Origin: Catajapyx aquilonaris
Lineage: Eukaryota
NCBI GenBank assembly: GCA_000934665.2
Contig: JYFJ02004158.1
Location: 1-34,240, forward strand
Direction of reading: 5' to 3'
DNA: 34,240 bases
Shown here in pieces: positions 1-12,000 of the stretch. The translations under genes were made by a program, and so were the position numbers. Positions within the stretch are counted from its first letter, which is position 1; each line of letters begins with the position of its first letter. The notes beneath the pieces were generated by a model. It was not told the origin of the DNA. It saw only the letters and a list, made by a program, of their open reading frames with translations, and did no database searches.

Positions 1-1579
1 CTATGTGGAAAAATAGTGTAGTTGTCACAATCATTATTATAGTAGAACAATTGTAAAAAAAATAATTATCGTTTTCATTTGATTCCCCCTCGTATATACT
101 TTCCACAACGGTCCTTTGCTTTAAAAACAAATCTAACAATATGTGACTACAGGATAGGATTGCATAATTATCAATTTTCAAAACACACCTGTACACAAGG
201 TAAATACTGTATTTAATTCTCATAAAATTGCAGTATATTCCTCTGCTTCGAGTGCAACATAACTCATGTAACGATTTCCTGCTGAAAATTAAGATTGGAG
301 CATTCTATTATTATGGCAAATATTAGGTACTGAATGACCAACATGTAGTGTCCTCTGGTAAAAGTGATGTGATTTATCACTTCAGTCATGTTTATTTCTG
401 TAAGGGCGAAGGTATAGTTCCAGGCCAGGCCTGGATCTGATCGTAAGGGAGGATAGGGAGCAGCAGTGACCAATAAAGTAAGTTAGTTCAGAACTACTAG
501 AACCGGACTTGCCATGCCTTGTTCATGACAATTTCCACCTGAGGCGATAGTTACAGATCGAGATTGAAGAGGTGGCTATAACGTCTGGGCTATCTCTATA
601 CCGTATTTTACTCATACCATAAAATAATATATCTGTGCAGCATTGTCGTGTCACATAACTACATTATGCATCTATTCACCAATACATTTAGATGGCTTTT
701 GTCCTTTCTGTGCATGAAACAGAATAACTGCTCTTTTATGCTCCTAAGTGGCAAAATTATTACGTCATGAATATTCCTCCTTTATGAAGCTAATTCATGT
801 AACCCCATATACTCATTAAAATTTCCAGTATCCTCTTTTTGCAATGGTAAGTTCCTCCAAACTATTATTTGCCACATATGTGCAACTTATTACAAATTTT
901 CCGGAAGGGTCAATTGTCACAAGCACTCATACGTTACCTGGCTTATTATTTGAGCGAGAATGTTGTCAAAATCCAAGGCAACTCAATGTCTCATATTACA
1001 TAAATCAGACTAAGAAATTAATATGGCATGACATCATGATTCTCTTGACTGCCAAATGGGTGTAATCATCTCACTAGATTTGTGGCCTGAAAATTTCAGA
1101 AATGAAAAATGTTATAGTCAGGCATGTCTTGCCTTCAAAAGAACCAAAGTATTTGCTATAAGGTACTTCTACATTTGATCAAAACATTTTTGTTTCAGCT
1201 CACTGTCTTTATTACTACATTATTGTCTGCAGGAGCATTATTTCCCAATGGCTTTCATTACAAAAGAAACACAAAACACAGATAACTATTGACAAAAAAC
1301 TGCAAATACACAAACCTCACTCACACAAAAAACAGTGAATCCAATGGACGATAACACGAGGAATGACGAGGATCAAATAGATCACATGACTGTGTAAGAG
1401 GGAAAGATGGGTCACAAACTCGGAGGAAGAAGACATGAAAGCACACGAAAGAACAGGAAGGAGAAAAAGGCACAAAGAGGACTTGAAAGAAAAAATGTCC
1501 AGCCCTCTTGATATGATGACTTAGAGTTCCCCATGTTTTCCTCGTCACTGAAGTTTCTCTGGACACAATTGAAGGGCTC

Positions 1580-1637
1580 CATGGAAGAAGGGGGTAAGTA
1601 GATGGGAATTCCCATCTACTTACCCCCTTCTTCCATG
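1580..1637. repeat. 58-bp perfect palindrome with no spacer (extends to 1573-1644 with one mismatch)
   Basis: catggaagaagggggtaagtagatgggaa|ttcccatctacttacccccttcttccatg, centre between 1608 and 1609; checked base by base. Confidence 0.97.
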
Positions 1638-2189
1638 TAGCCCTATACTGCAGTTACGTCCACATGAGCCAAGAACATGGAAAAGATCCTTTGTCCCACA
1701 CTCAAATATAAATAAAAGCTGCCTCTAGCCAACCAGTCTTCTCATTTAGGAACCGCCCTTCAAAATCATCCTTACTTAATCATAATTATGTGGTCCATAT
1801 TACAATGACAGGTGAACACAACAATCCTGCGTTTGAGTTGATTACATTTCGCAAATCATTGAAACTGACCTTCCAAACAAAATGTCATCATACACAGTAA
1901 ATGTACGTTAAAATGTTGGTCCTACATTTTCAGCAAGCAACTCAAAAGTGCCTTCAATTAATTTCCATTAAATTTACCACAAAACTTGGCCTGCTCTCAT
2001 ACAAGTCACTCTCACAAGACTTCTCTTTTCCCAGCTGGCGTGAAATATTGGAATTTGGCACGAACTTCCCAGGCACACTTTCTGGAATGACATAGAATTC
2101 CTCAGAATAATTTCCTGGCTCATGTGAACAGAAAAAAAAAAATGTCAAATGTTATGTCTTTTTAAACTGCTTCTTTGGAGTTTGAGCTT

Positions 2190-5100
2190 TCAACACATTC
2201 TTCCGACGGGAGCTTCAAGACTCTCACAGGCCCCGAGGAGTTCCTCGTCACCGGAATACTGTGTGTCTGATTCAGAATCATCTCCCCTGGCAGGCTTAGG
2301 GCTTCCTTTGCCCCCTATTCCCAGCTTCTTGTACGAAATCTTCCCATTGGAGCACTTCTCATTGCGTGTACCACCTCCTCGCTTCTTCTCCTTGCGGTGG
2401 CAGTGGTCCTTTTGGTAGGTTGGGTGGCGCCGCATCAGGAAGTTGTCAGTCACCCAAAACATGAGGGCCTGCAACAACACGGAACGTGAGACATGCTGGG
2501 TTTGTAAATTTGTACAATACTGGAAAAAATTATGTCAGTTTGACCATGGTATGGTTGCAGAGATTATTATGGTCACTTTCAACAGCTACAAAATGACCTA
2601 ATACATTATAGCTACTTTATATTAGCCAAATCAACCAAATTTTGTAACCAGTGCTACTCATGTTGGACCACCCTATATAAGTCTGCTTTGCGTGCCATTT
2701 CATGTCCATGGCTCTAAATCCCTTCTCTTAGGAGGGTGATCGAACAATTCTCCCTTGAATTGTTGCGGCAGGATTTCATTACCAAAGACAGTATGCAGGC
2801 GGGCATTGTCCAACAAGAAAAATGCCCAGAATTCAACATGCCACTACGTTTCTTTTGAATGGCCATCCTTAACCTCTGTAATGTCTCACAGTAAACCTTT
2901 GTGCTGAACAAATTCCACGGCATGTTGAATTCCGTGTGTTTTTCTTGCATGACAATGCCCACCTGAATACTGCCTTGCACACTGGAACCCTGCCGCAACA
3001 ATTCCAGTGAGAATTGTTCGATCACCCTCCTTATAGAACGGATTTAGAGCCTCTAGGCAATTACCATCAGTCCCTCAACATGAAGATATGGCATGCAAAG
3101 CAGAGGTCAGATAATGACGAGGAGCTGCAGTCCAGCAGGGAAATGGCTGGAGGCAAACTCCTATAACATATGCATACAAAATCTTATGCAACTCTGACAA
3201 ATGTCTACATTTTGCTGGAAACTATGCTGAAAAAAAGTAGACAGTTGAACCTTTCAGATGTACATAATATTCTGGGGATGCTTTGTAGTTTTTCTTCTCT
3301 TCATAATTCTTCATAAAAAGAAGCTCTTCAAGAATAAAGGCTACTTGCTAATGCGATGGGTTCACAATCACATGACTTCAACAGAATCAGATCAAGCCTC
3401 TGTGCCCTTGTCTCTTTGAATTAACAATAAGGTGTAAATGCTGTATATCTTCTAAGAAAGGGGCAAGAGAGAAACAGAACTGCCCCATATCTGTCCTCAC
3501 GGCCTGCACCTGCCAATCACTTGGCCACTTGCACTGTGCAAGACTAAGTACAACCAGGCATCCTGACGTTGATGAAGCAGTTTTACTGTGGTTCACGAAC
3601 CAACGTACACGAAATGTGCCAGTGGACGGCCTTCGCTTTCGTGCAAAAGCATTTGCTTTTGCTACCACTCTGGGTCACCGCGATTTCAAGGCTTCTTGTG
3701 GGTGGTTGAGCAGAATCAAGAAACGGCATGGGATCACTAACAAGACGAGGTCTGGAGAGGTCAGTCTGTTGACGTGCTTTGTGAAATAATCTTATTTAGA
3801 ACGAAATAATTTTTTTACTATTTTTCCCGTTACCAGGGCTTAACCCTGGAACCGTAATGTGCGGTCTTTTAGGACTCCATGTCATATTTTAATTTTTATT
3901 AATTTTTATATAATACTTTTCAATATATTGACTGCATGCAATCATTCTTTGAACAATGCCTAAAATAATCACTAATTCAAAATAAACATGCACTTCCTGT
4001 CATATACTTTTTTTAAATGGCAACATTTCATCTTATTTTTATTTTAATGCACTTTAATTCCTTTGGGGTCCTAAAAGACCCCACGTCACAGTTCCAGGGT
4101 TAATATAATGTCTAGATATTGAAAAAAGGGAGATTTAAACCCGTTTTTAAATGGATGTATAACGAAATTCGCATATAACGAAAGAAAATTTGGTTCCCTT
4201 CAATTTCGTTATCATAGAGCAGTGGTTTTCAAACTGGGGTACACGAACACAATTTGGGGGGGTATGCGAAAGATATGGTGTAATGGCGTCCATCTCTACA
4301 TTTGTGGGAATCATATTATTATGAATCAACAAGAATGAACTGACTTCTGAAAAAAACACAAACTATGGTCCTATTCATGACCATATTTTTTTTTTGCTAA
4401 AAGTATTATTTTGGTGCCGATTCATTATATGCAGAGGCATTTTCTGACTGATGCCACTTTCATTCAGCACATGCATTGAAACTCAAGAAGCATCATGACA
4501 ACTGGTTCAATTCTACAATTGCGCTTTGCGATGTTGGGAAGGATTTGAAAACAAACTCTGGCTGCAGAGGCTGATCTACCTGGCCTAACAACAATTTTCG
4601 AGTCTCAAGGAATGAAACTGGGGGCTTCAAGATTTCACCACCAATATTTTTGTGCAAAACAAAATCGAAGGAATGATTTTAAAAATTCCAGTTTTGGGAA
4701 AGTTGTGTACAAGGTAGCAACTTTGCTTGCTTTCCAACCGTTTCCAACACTCCAAGAATATTTCAAGCGACAGTGGAAGTCATCGTCCAAGCCAACATAT
4801 TGGAGCACATTAATCAATTGGTGCAATAGGTAGAAATGATTTTTCTGAGATGGACATGCCAATCAATATAGTGCATCAGTATTTCAGTTTTTTTTCTCCT
4901 CCCGAACATACCAGCGCAGAATCACGAAAAGATCATCAAAATTTCTATGAATGGGTCTTTGAAAATATAAAAAAAATATAAAAAATTAAAAAAATACTGA
5001 GTTGAGTATAGTATAACCTTCAGCCAAAATGTTTAGATCGCACAGCATATTCGATATTCGTTAAAGTTGACATACTCACATTGACAAAAAAGGGAATGAC

Positions 5101-5682
5101 CAGCACCACAAGTGCCAGCTCCACTTTGGGATCCGTTATTGGCGCCAGGATGAGATCCCGGACACGGTCCCAGAACTGCATCTGGATGACCGCTGTGATG
5201 ACCAGCTTGGCAACAATGCACAAGAGGGCATATAGGCAGCACTGGGCCAGCCACGCGTACATGGAGGGAGGCTTGCCGTAGTGGCCAAAGTCAATGGCTT
5301 CCCAGCCTTTGACCCTGGCCATCCTTTGAGCCAATCTGATTCCGGCCCATAGTACAAACAGGCCTAGGGACGAATCCAGCAAAAAGCTGACCACATACCA
5401 GGTGCAAGGGTCACCTTTGAAAGCGCCAGCCAGAAACACATTGGCGAAATGGACTAACGCGGCACCAAGGCCTTGCTTGGACGTGTCGTAGAACCATATG
5501 AGCCAAGGACGCCGCCGACTTAGAGGCTCACAGAATCGCTTGAAGACTAATAGTAGGAACGCGAGGCAGGCAAGTAGGGCCTGGACTGACCAGCCCAGGG
5601 AGTCAGTGAGGGCGCAGCCTCCGCCAGGAATTGCTGCGGGGACCAGGCCAGAGGCTGGAGCAGGGCTGGGAACTGGCGACAT
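2190..5682 (-). CDS. STIMATE: Store-operated calcium entry regulator STIMATE / TMEM110 homologue, 293 aa, two coding exons: complement(join(2190..2468,5080..5682))
   Basis: Recognisable motifs KRFCEP..RRPWLIWFYDTSKQGLGA, DPCTWYVVSFLLDSSLGL, ELALVVLVIPFFVN|ALMFWVTDNFLM and an acidic C-tail (GDDSESDTQYSGDEE). Donor AAT|GTGAGT at 5080/5079 and acceptor TTGCAG|GCC at 2469/2468, both phase 0. Confidence 0.93.
2682..3240. mobile_element. Degenerate mariner transposase remnants, two copies in opposite orientation
   Basis: Plus strand from about 2936 reads FFLHDNAH...ELFDHPPYRTDLEP...DKCL..GNYAEK, matching mariner HDNA and HPPYSPDLAP motifs with stops and frameshifts. Minus strand 2682-2900 reads YCETLQRLRMAIQKKRSGML plus a second DHPP copy. 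Confidence 0.82.
3529..3765 (+). mobile_element. Tigger/pogo (CENP-B-type HTH) transposase fragment
   Basis: HPDVDEAVLLWFTNQRTRNVPVDG..RAKAFAFA..LGHRDFKASCGWLSRIKKRHGI..SGE is the Tc5/CENP-B HTH signature (FKASxGWL..FK.RHGI). No DDE domain follows. Confidence 0.88.
3844..4099. mobile_element. Non-autonomous piggyBac-type MITE (256 bp)
   Basis: TTAA on both sides (3840-3843, 4100-4103). About 36-bp terminal inverted repeats starting CCC: ccctggaaccgtaatgtgcggtcttttaggactcca versus reverse complement ccctggaactgtgacgtggggtcttttaggacccca. Confidence 0.9.
4220..4960 (+). mobile_element. Internally deleted hAT (Charlie/Buster, ZBED5-like) element remnant
   Basis: Starts with a Charlie-like terminus cagtggttttcaaact. 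From about 4548 broken frames read FENKLWLQRLIYLA..., VQNKIEGMIL, FQFWESCVQGSNFACFPT...ILEHINQL, resembling Buster/ZBED5 transposase. Right end not found. Confidence 0.65.
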
Positions 5683-6282
5683 TTTAGAGACTCAGGGCCG
5701 CATCTGAAAAACATACGAAATTAGTCACTTATCACAATACTGAATCATTATAAGCTGCTTGAACCATGAGGCATCAGGGACAGATGTTCCCTAATCTCAC
5801 AAAGTTGCGGCACCACACAATAATTTCACTTATTGCATTACCCCGAGTACTACTAGGCATACGCGATATCCTGCTTACAACGCATAACATTTAATCTATT
5901 CATTGTAGGAGCTGGCACATAACACGAATAAAAGACGCTAGTGTTTATGACCATGATATAGACATGATGAATGTCAAAAACAATCAAGTCGTAATAAGCT
6001 TTACTTTGCACATATTCCTATTGTAACAGTTTTTTACAACAATTATCCATGTCTATCATCGCACTGGAAGTAATAAAATGAAAACATCAGGCCAAAAAGA
6101 CATGAAGTCATTGCACCAAATTTGTCAAAAATCCACTCAATAAAACGCTAAAGTTTTATGCCCGAAATAGATCGCAGCAACACAATTTTTTTCTGTGTAA
6201 CGAACAAGAGTATCCACAGGTAATTAATGAGCAACAGACAACAAACCGTAACCCAATTCCTTTTTTGTATCAATTAAATTAC

Positions 6283-6513
6283 CTGCTACACACAACTATA
6301 TGAAAACCTGGCTCCCGATGTGCCCATGAGACACAGTCTCTTCCTGCAAGCGATGTTATTTACCCTTTATGAACCAGCAGGAGTCAAGAGAAAGGTCGCA
6401 GCTTTGTTCTGCGCTGCATGTGACAAGATTAAGCACTTGGCTCTCTGCCAGATTAAATTTCAATATTTATCCTGACTAATAACCCAGCCTTATCATCCGC
6501 AGATGTTAAGAAC
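6283..6513 (-). other. Probable non-coding 5' UTR exon of STIMATE
   Basis: Minus-strand acceptor tttttttttacag|G at 6514/6513 and donor CAG|GTAATT at 6283/6282; next acceptor tttttcag| at 5704/5703 lies 21 nt before the ATG. Confidence 0.55.
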
Positions 6514-6829
6514 CTGTAAAAAAAAATTACATTATCACACAGAGATTACCTCCAATGGGCCCTAGAGTCGTTATTATAATAAAGCATTTCACACTAAATA
6601 ATTAATTAATTAGTTCAATAGGTCAATAGGGGGGGAATGACACTTGCCTTCAAATAAAGGCTAATCGACATCAAACGGGGCCAGTGGTGTCATCCGGAGT
6701 GAGTCACACCCGTCCGACTAACCCCAGGACATCAGATGGGGCATCCGACCCAGTTATCCTCGTTAAATCTGGGTTAATTTACCGCTAACAAGGGTTAATT
6801 TACCGTTAACAAAAATCCAAGCTTGACAA

Positions 6830-7200
6830 TCGGCTGGGGGGGCGCGTTCAGACGCCGTGTGGTGGTCGTTCAGCAAATCGCATCGGTGACGTCATCCCAA
6901 TTCCAATTTTGATGATGCGCCCCCGAAAGGGCCAGTTCTAAATTATGTACCACTGTTAAAAGTGAAATTAATACTAAGTTATTAATTACAAATTGAACTG
7001 TTCCAATTTATAACATGAAAGTTTATACAACTTACACGGTGCATTCTATTGGTTTGTATGTTCGCACCTTGTGCGCTGATTGGCTGGGGTGTTGCAGCTG
7101 GAATATGTAAACTTTCCCCCACATAAAGCGATGGTGTCGCCGCGGACTATGGGGCGGGAAATATCGGAACTTCGTCATACACTTTTGTCGTGTTTAGTTT
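6830..7200. promoter_or_regulatory. Putative bidirectional promoter between STIMATE and SFMBT
   Basis: CpG-containing island between divergent genes with a palindromic CRE TGACGTCA (6887-6894), ATTGG/CCAAT boxes near 7048 and 7079, and GC-box-like ggggcggg near 7151. Outward-facing donors at about 6803/6782 (-) and 7304 (+, ACG|GTAAGT). Confidence 0.55.
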
Positions 7201-9011
7201 TGTGGCCGAGCAAATCCGGAGTTGAAAACCCTTGTTTTCCGGGCCACTTTTCCCGACTCAGTTTGCCCCGGACAAGTCCGCCTTGCAGTCAAGAAGCTGC
7301 ACGGTAAGTCAAAGATCCTCGAACCGCACATCCGGTTGCAAAAAAAGGGAGCTGACTTGCGGACCGGAATGGGACGGGAAAGAAAAACATCTCGGTAACA
7401 TTTTAGTCCGGGAATTGAGCCCGGTTTTTTTTCCAGGGTTTCAGAGGCGTGGACCCGGTTTTTCTTTTTTCCGGGATCAGCACTGGGGTTTGAAGGATCC
7501 GAATATGACAGGCGTTTGGACCCGGGTTGGTTCCGGTGACATTTTTGAAGCGAGTCTTAGGCCAGATGAGGCTTCGATTGATGGGAGGAGGTGAAATCCG
7601 GACGCCATTGCGACGTTGCCACATCTGCCCACTTATGGCCTTGACACTTATCATCATATTTTTTAAATTAACGAATGAAGTGTAAGGCAATGCCGTAAAT
7701 GTCATTAAATAATTAGAAAATGGGCAGTAATTATACTGATGCAAACTATAATAGCGTCGCTTTGTGGATTTAATTAATGACGAACAGTCGAATGTATGAA
7801 ACATTAATTAATTGGCAGCAATTAACAATAATTTGTATGATCTCTGTTTGTCATTGCAGTTCATTGCCGTCTGTGTACACCGAACACTTAAAGGCTCAGT
7901 AATTACATTCTTGATTGCTTGTGCCAACAATGAACAACTGTTTGTAATAATTGTTGCCAACAATACGGAAGACACATCGAGTATCTTCTCATGTGAGAGA
8001 GAACATGTAAATATGCAATAATTTTGTTTTAAAAAAATCGTCTGCAGTTTGAAAATTATTGACTAATTATATTTAAAGGCAGGCTTTTGATGAAAAATTA
8101 TATTTGGCAACCATGCTGGCGTATATGTGGGCAAAAAAAAAAAAAATAGCGAATATTGCGGAATATAGGATCGTATGACTAGAGTAATATTTTTTCTAAC
8201 AGTTTCTCACAAAATATGCATTTCGGACTAGATCATGCCATTGCAGGTTATGAAATAATTGATGAGTATTGCCAAGAGCTAATTAGCTCTTGGTATTGCC
8301 GACAATTTCACTGCAATGGTCAAAGGTCGTTAATTGATTTTAATGTGGCTAATTATATGCCCCGTGTTACACATTCTTGAAGCTGCTATCAATGATGCTC
8401 GTGATTATATCTCGTGTTTGTTTATAAATTGTGCAATTGCTGCAAGTACTGCAATAATTGCGTAATTTCACTCATGTATTTTTTTTCACTTGGAGAGTGA
8501 AAGTTATGGGCTGAAATGGTCCTTACCTTTCTCCATAACTTTCACGTTAAATATTCTGTCAACAGAGTCGCCTTGTTAGAGCAGCTCCTATAGTATTGAT
8601 CATTTTTCGTGTAAACAGAAAAATGGGTTACTTCGAGACAACTTTGCGAAATGCTTTAAATTATGCAAAGTCAGTTCTTATTGCATATTAATATTTCCTG
8701 CATCTTTTTTAAAAATATGGTTGGTCCACTTCCGAGGCGTACAATACGGCGTAATTAGGACTCATTTACATTGTATTGGTTCCTGTTAACTTTGGCTATT
8801 TCATTTCCGACTCGTCATTGCGGATTTTGCAGCATTTTCGCAAATCCGTGACTAGGACTGCAAATGCGACAGAATTTGCACTATATGTTTGCGAAGTAAT
8901 TAACGAGACTGTGCCCATAACAATGCGGCTAGTTACTCCTTTTTTTAAAAATAATCTTTATTTAAGAGTGTGTATTGATCATCTACTTTTTTTTCTGTCC
9001 ATTCAGGCAAC

Positions 9012-12000
9012 ATGGCAACGCTGGATGATGAGGTGACGTCACAAGGCGCGAGTTGCGAAAATGATGTGGATGTGGAAACTACTGATGATGCAGGGGCCGC
9101 CCAGGGGCAAGGGGAGGGCGAACCTGAATTGCCAGAGGAAGAGGTCAAAGAAGAAGTTGCGGTCAAGCAGGAAGAGGAAGAAAAGGGAGAGCCGGATGAA
9201 GCCACCCAACCAGGTACGTACTCTGCGTAACGTGTAATGTCACCACCTGACTGTTGCTGTTTCATTGCAGATGTGCAGAATGGTGAGACTGAACCAGAAA
9301 TGGTGAAGGAGGAGGACTTTGTGTGGGAGGATTACCTGGACTGGTCTGAGTCCGAGTCTGTACCGCAAACTGCTTTCAGTCATGTGGAGCAGTCCCTACA
9401 GAGCGGATTTCAGGAAGGGATGAGGGTTGAGGTGGCTCATCCGACACAAGGAGCAAATGACTCTGATCCCGATTCATACTGGGTAGCGACTGTCGTTATG
9501 AGCTGTGGTCCGTTGCTGCGGCTCAGGTTGGTGGGCCGCCCGCCAGATGACCGCTCACAGGAGTTTTGGTGTGATGTGACCAAAGGACAGCTACGACCTC
9601 TGGGATGGGCAGTGTCGCATGGAAAGACCTTGAGGCCCTTTGAGAACTGCACGGAGGAGGATCCGGATCCGGCTGCTCGTTCAGTTCCAGCCCACCTGTT
9701 GAGTGGTGAGGGCCTGAATGCTGTGGAGCGGGTCAGACAGGGCATGAAGGTCGAGGTGGAAGATCGGAACGCACCGTACAAACTGTGGGTCGGCACAATT
9801 GTTGAAAATGTAGGAGGGCGTCTGTTGATACGGTACGACACTCCAGGCGATCCGCCTAAGGACTTCTGGCTGTTTTACCTCTCGCCGAGGCTGTTTCCAG
9901 TTGGGTGGGGTCGGGAACGTGGGCCGCCATGGAGCTATGGTCCACCCATTGATTCAGCCCATGGACCAGAGGAGTGGGATGCAGTCATGGAAATGGCTAA
10001 AGAAGACGCACGCAGGACACCCTTGCCAGCCGACCTGTTTGAACGGGAAGACACAGGAACAGATCATGAGTTGAGTGAAGGAGGATGGGTTGAAGCAATT
10101 GATCCACACGGCCCTCGCATTACAATCGAAAAGGCACAGGTCGTTAAAGTCAGTGGAAGCAGGGTGCAGCTTGAGGCTAACGGACAACGCTGGTGGTGCA
10201 TTGCACCGCATCCATTTATACTCAAAGCAAAGGACACCTGTGGAGTGCAAAATGCAGATGGCCCAAAGACGAAGTCAGATGAACCTAGTGCGAATGGTGC
10301 TCCAGTTGTTGATGGTGCTAGTGATAAGAACCACACAACTGATGAAGTGCACAACACCACTTGGCCAGACGCTACTGAGCTAGGGTTTGAAGCAAACATG
10401 CGACTGGAAGCTGCGGACCCTCTCGACCCATCTACAATTGGTGTGGCCAGCGTAGCACGTATCACAGGCCACCTGGTTTGGCTTGAACCGGAATGGGCCT
10501 CACGGGAACCATTTGCCTGCAGCACTGCCACCTACGACATGTTCCCAGCTGGGTGGTGTGAGACCAATGGCTACCAATTACGTACGCCACTACAGCGACC
10601 ACCTGTGGGCCGACCCAAGGGCCGTAAAGATGCTCCGCCCCCACCACCTCCGCAAGAAGAAGAAGAATCACATCGATCATGGTGCCCCAAAATATACTTT
10701 AACCCACAGTGCTACTCTGGCCCATTCCTGTCAAAGGGTAAACTCACCCAACTACCAAAGTCAGTTGGACCAGGTCCTGTGTCACTAGTAATGAGAGAAG
10801 TACTGGGAATGCTAGTTAGTGTTGCATATAAGTCAAGTCGCGTTCTACGTGAGATCCAGTCTGAAAGTGAAACCGTACCTGGAACACACACTGCTATACT
10901 GAAGGCAAAGTACAAGAGCAACTGTTACCGTGCCAATGTCTCAGTGGTGACATCGGCCGAACGAGTGCCAGACTTTTGCAGGCAAGTGTGCCGCCGATTG
11001 TTGTGCTGCCCACACTTGTTTGGACCTGAGCCAGTTCCGGAAGTGCACTGTGCTGAAAATTGTGCGAGATTGGCCAAACAGAGGTTTGCGGAGATGCGGG
11101 CAATTTCTGGAAAGAAGAAGGTGGGCCGCCCCTGTGGTACCAGTAGCAACATGGTGCCGAAGCCAAAGAGGAAAAGGGGCCGTCGGAGGTTTGGGAAAGC
11201 TGCAGCTCCACCAATGGCTGTTATGTCAGATGGTAAGTTAACATATCACCTTGCTAAACTCTCCTTGCAAACTATACACATGTAATTATTAAACTTTAAA
11301 AATATTTTAGATGCAGCAGGTGCAGAGAGTCCAATCCAGAATCCGACTATTGGAGCTGCGCCTGGTGTTGGAAGTGGTAAGAAGCGAGGTATGGCAGCAC
11401 TAGCAGACGACGACGAAGAAGATGAGGAGAAAGGCAAGGTGGAGCCCAACAATAAGAGGCGTTACGTGAAGCGAGAGTTCCCCCGCTCGGAAATCAAGAC
11501 CAGAGGAGCAAAGCTGCCCAATTTTGCCCTCCAGATGAGAGCCTCCCATTGGCTTCCCAGGAAGAGGTCTGCCTCCAATTCAGAGAGCACTTCCACAAAC
11601 AGCTCGCAGAGCAGTGGGAGAGGGTAAGTTTAACTACACAAACTCAAAGGGTGGAATAGTGAGACGAAAAAAAACAAAAAACACATGAATTACAAGTGAT
11701 GCAAAATTCATTCTATAGATTATCCCAAGTGACGATGAGTTCTCATGACTTTTTTTTCCGTAGCACTCCTGCAAGGCAGACGAAACTACATGTGCCCAAA
11801 TCAGAAGATGGAGCTTCCCTTGCCAGTCCCAGACTTCCTCCAGCCCTGGGTCCTCCTCCAGTGGGCCACTCCCCAGTCGAGCCACCGCCCCCAGTACTAG
11901 AGTCGAACCCATTGACCTGGAGCGCGGAGGATGTGTGCAACTACCTTCGTCGTCAGGAAGACAGCTGCAAGCAAATGGCCAAGCGCCTTCAGGAGGAAGA

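Noticed and set aside
1..1570. Short ORFs at the left end
   Set aside because: AT-rich, no motifs and no coherent splice structure; probably STIMATE 3' UTR or intergenic DNA.
4546..4560. tttgaaaacaaactctg as the right TIR of a MITE starting at 4220
   Set aside because: Poor match, no target duplication, and it reads better as transposase coding sequence (FENKLWLQRL).
5692..5703. Selenocysteine or readthrough extension of STIMATE through the in-frame TGA
   Set aside because: It would add only 7 residues, no SECIS was recognised, and a uORF explains it more simply.
9437..11452. Several 68-155 aa antisense or off-frame ORFs over SFMBT
   Set aside because: Shadow ORFs of a GC-rich coding exon with no recognisable motifs.
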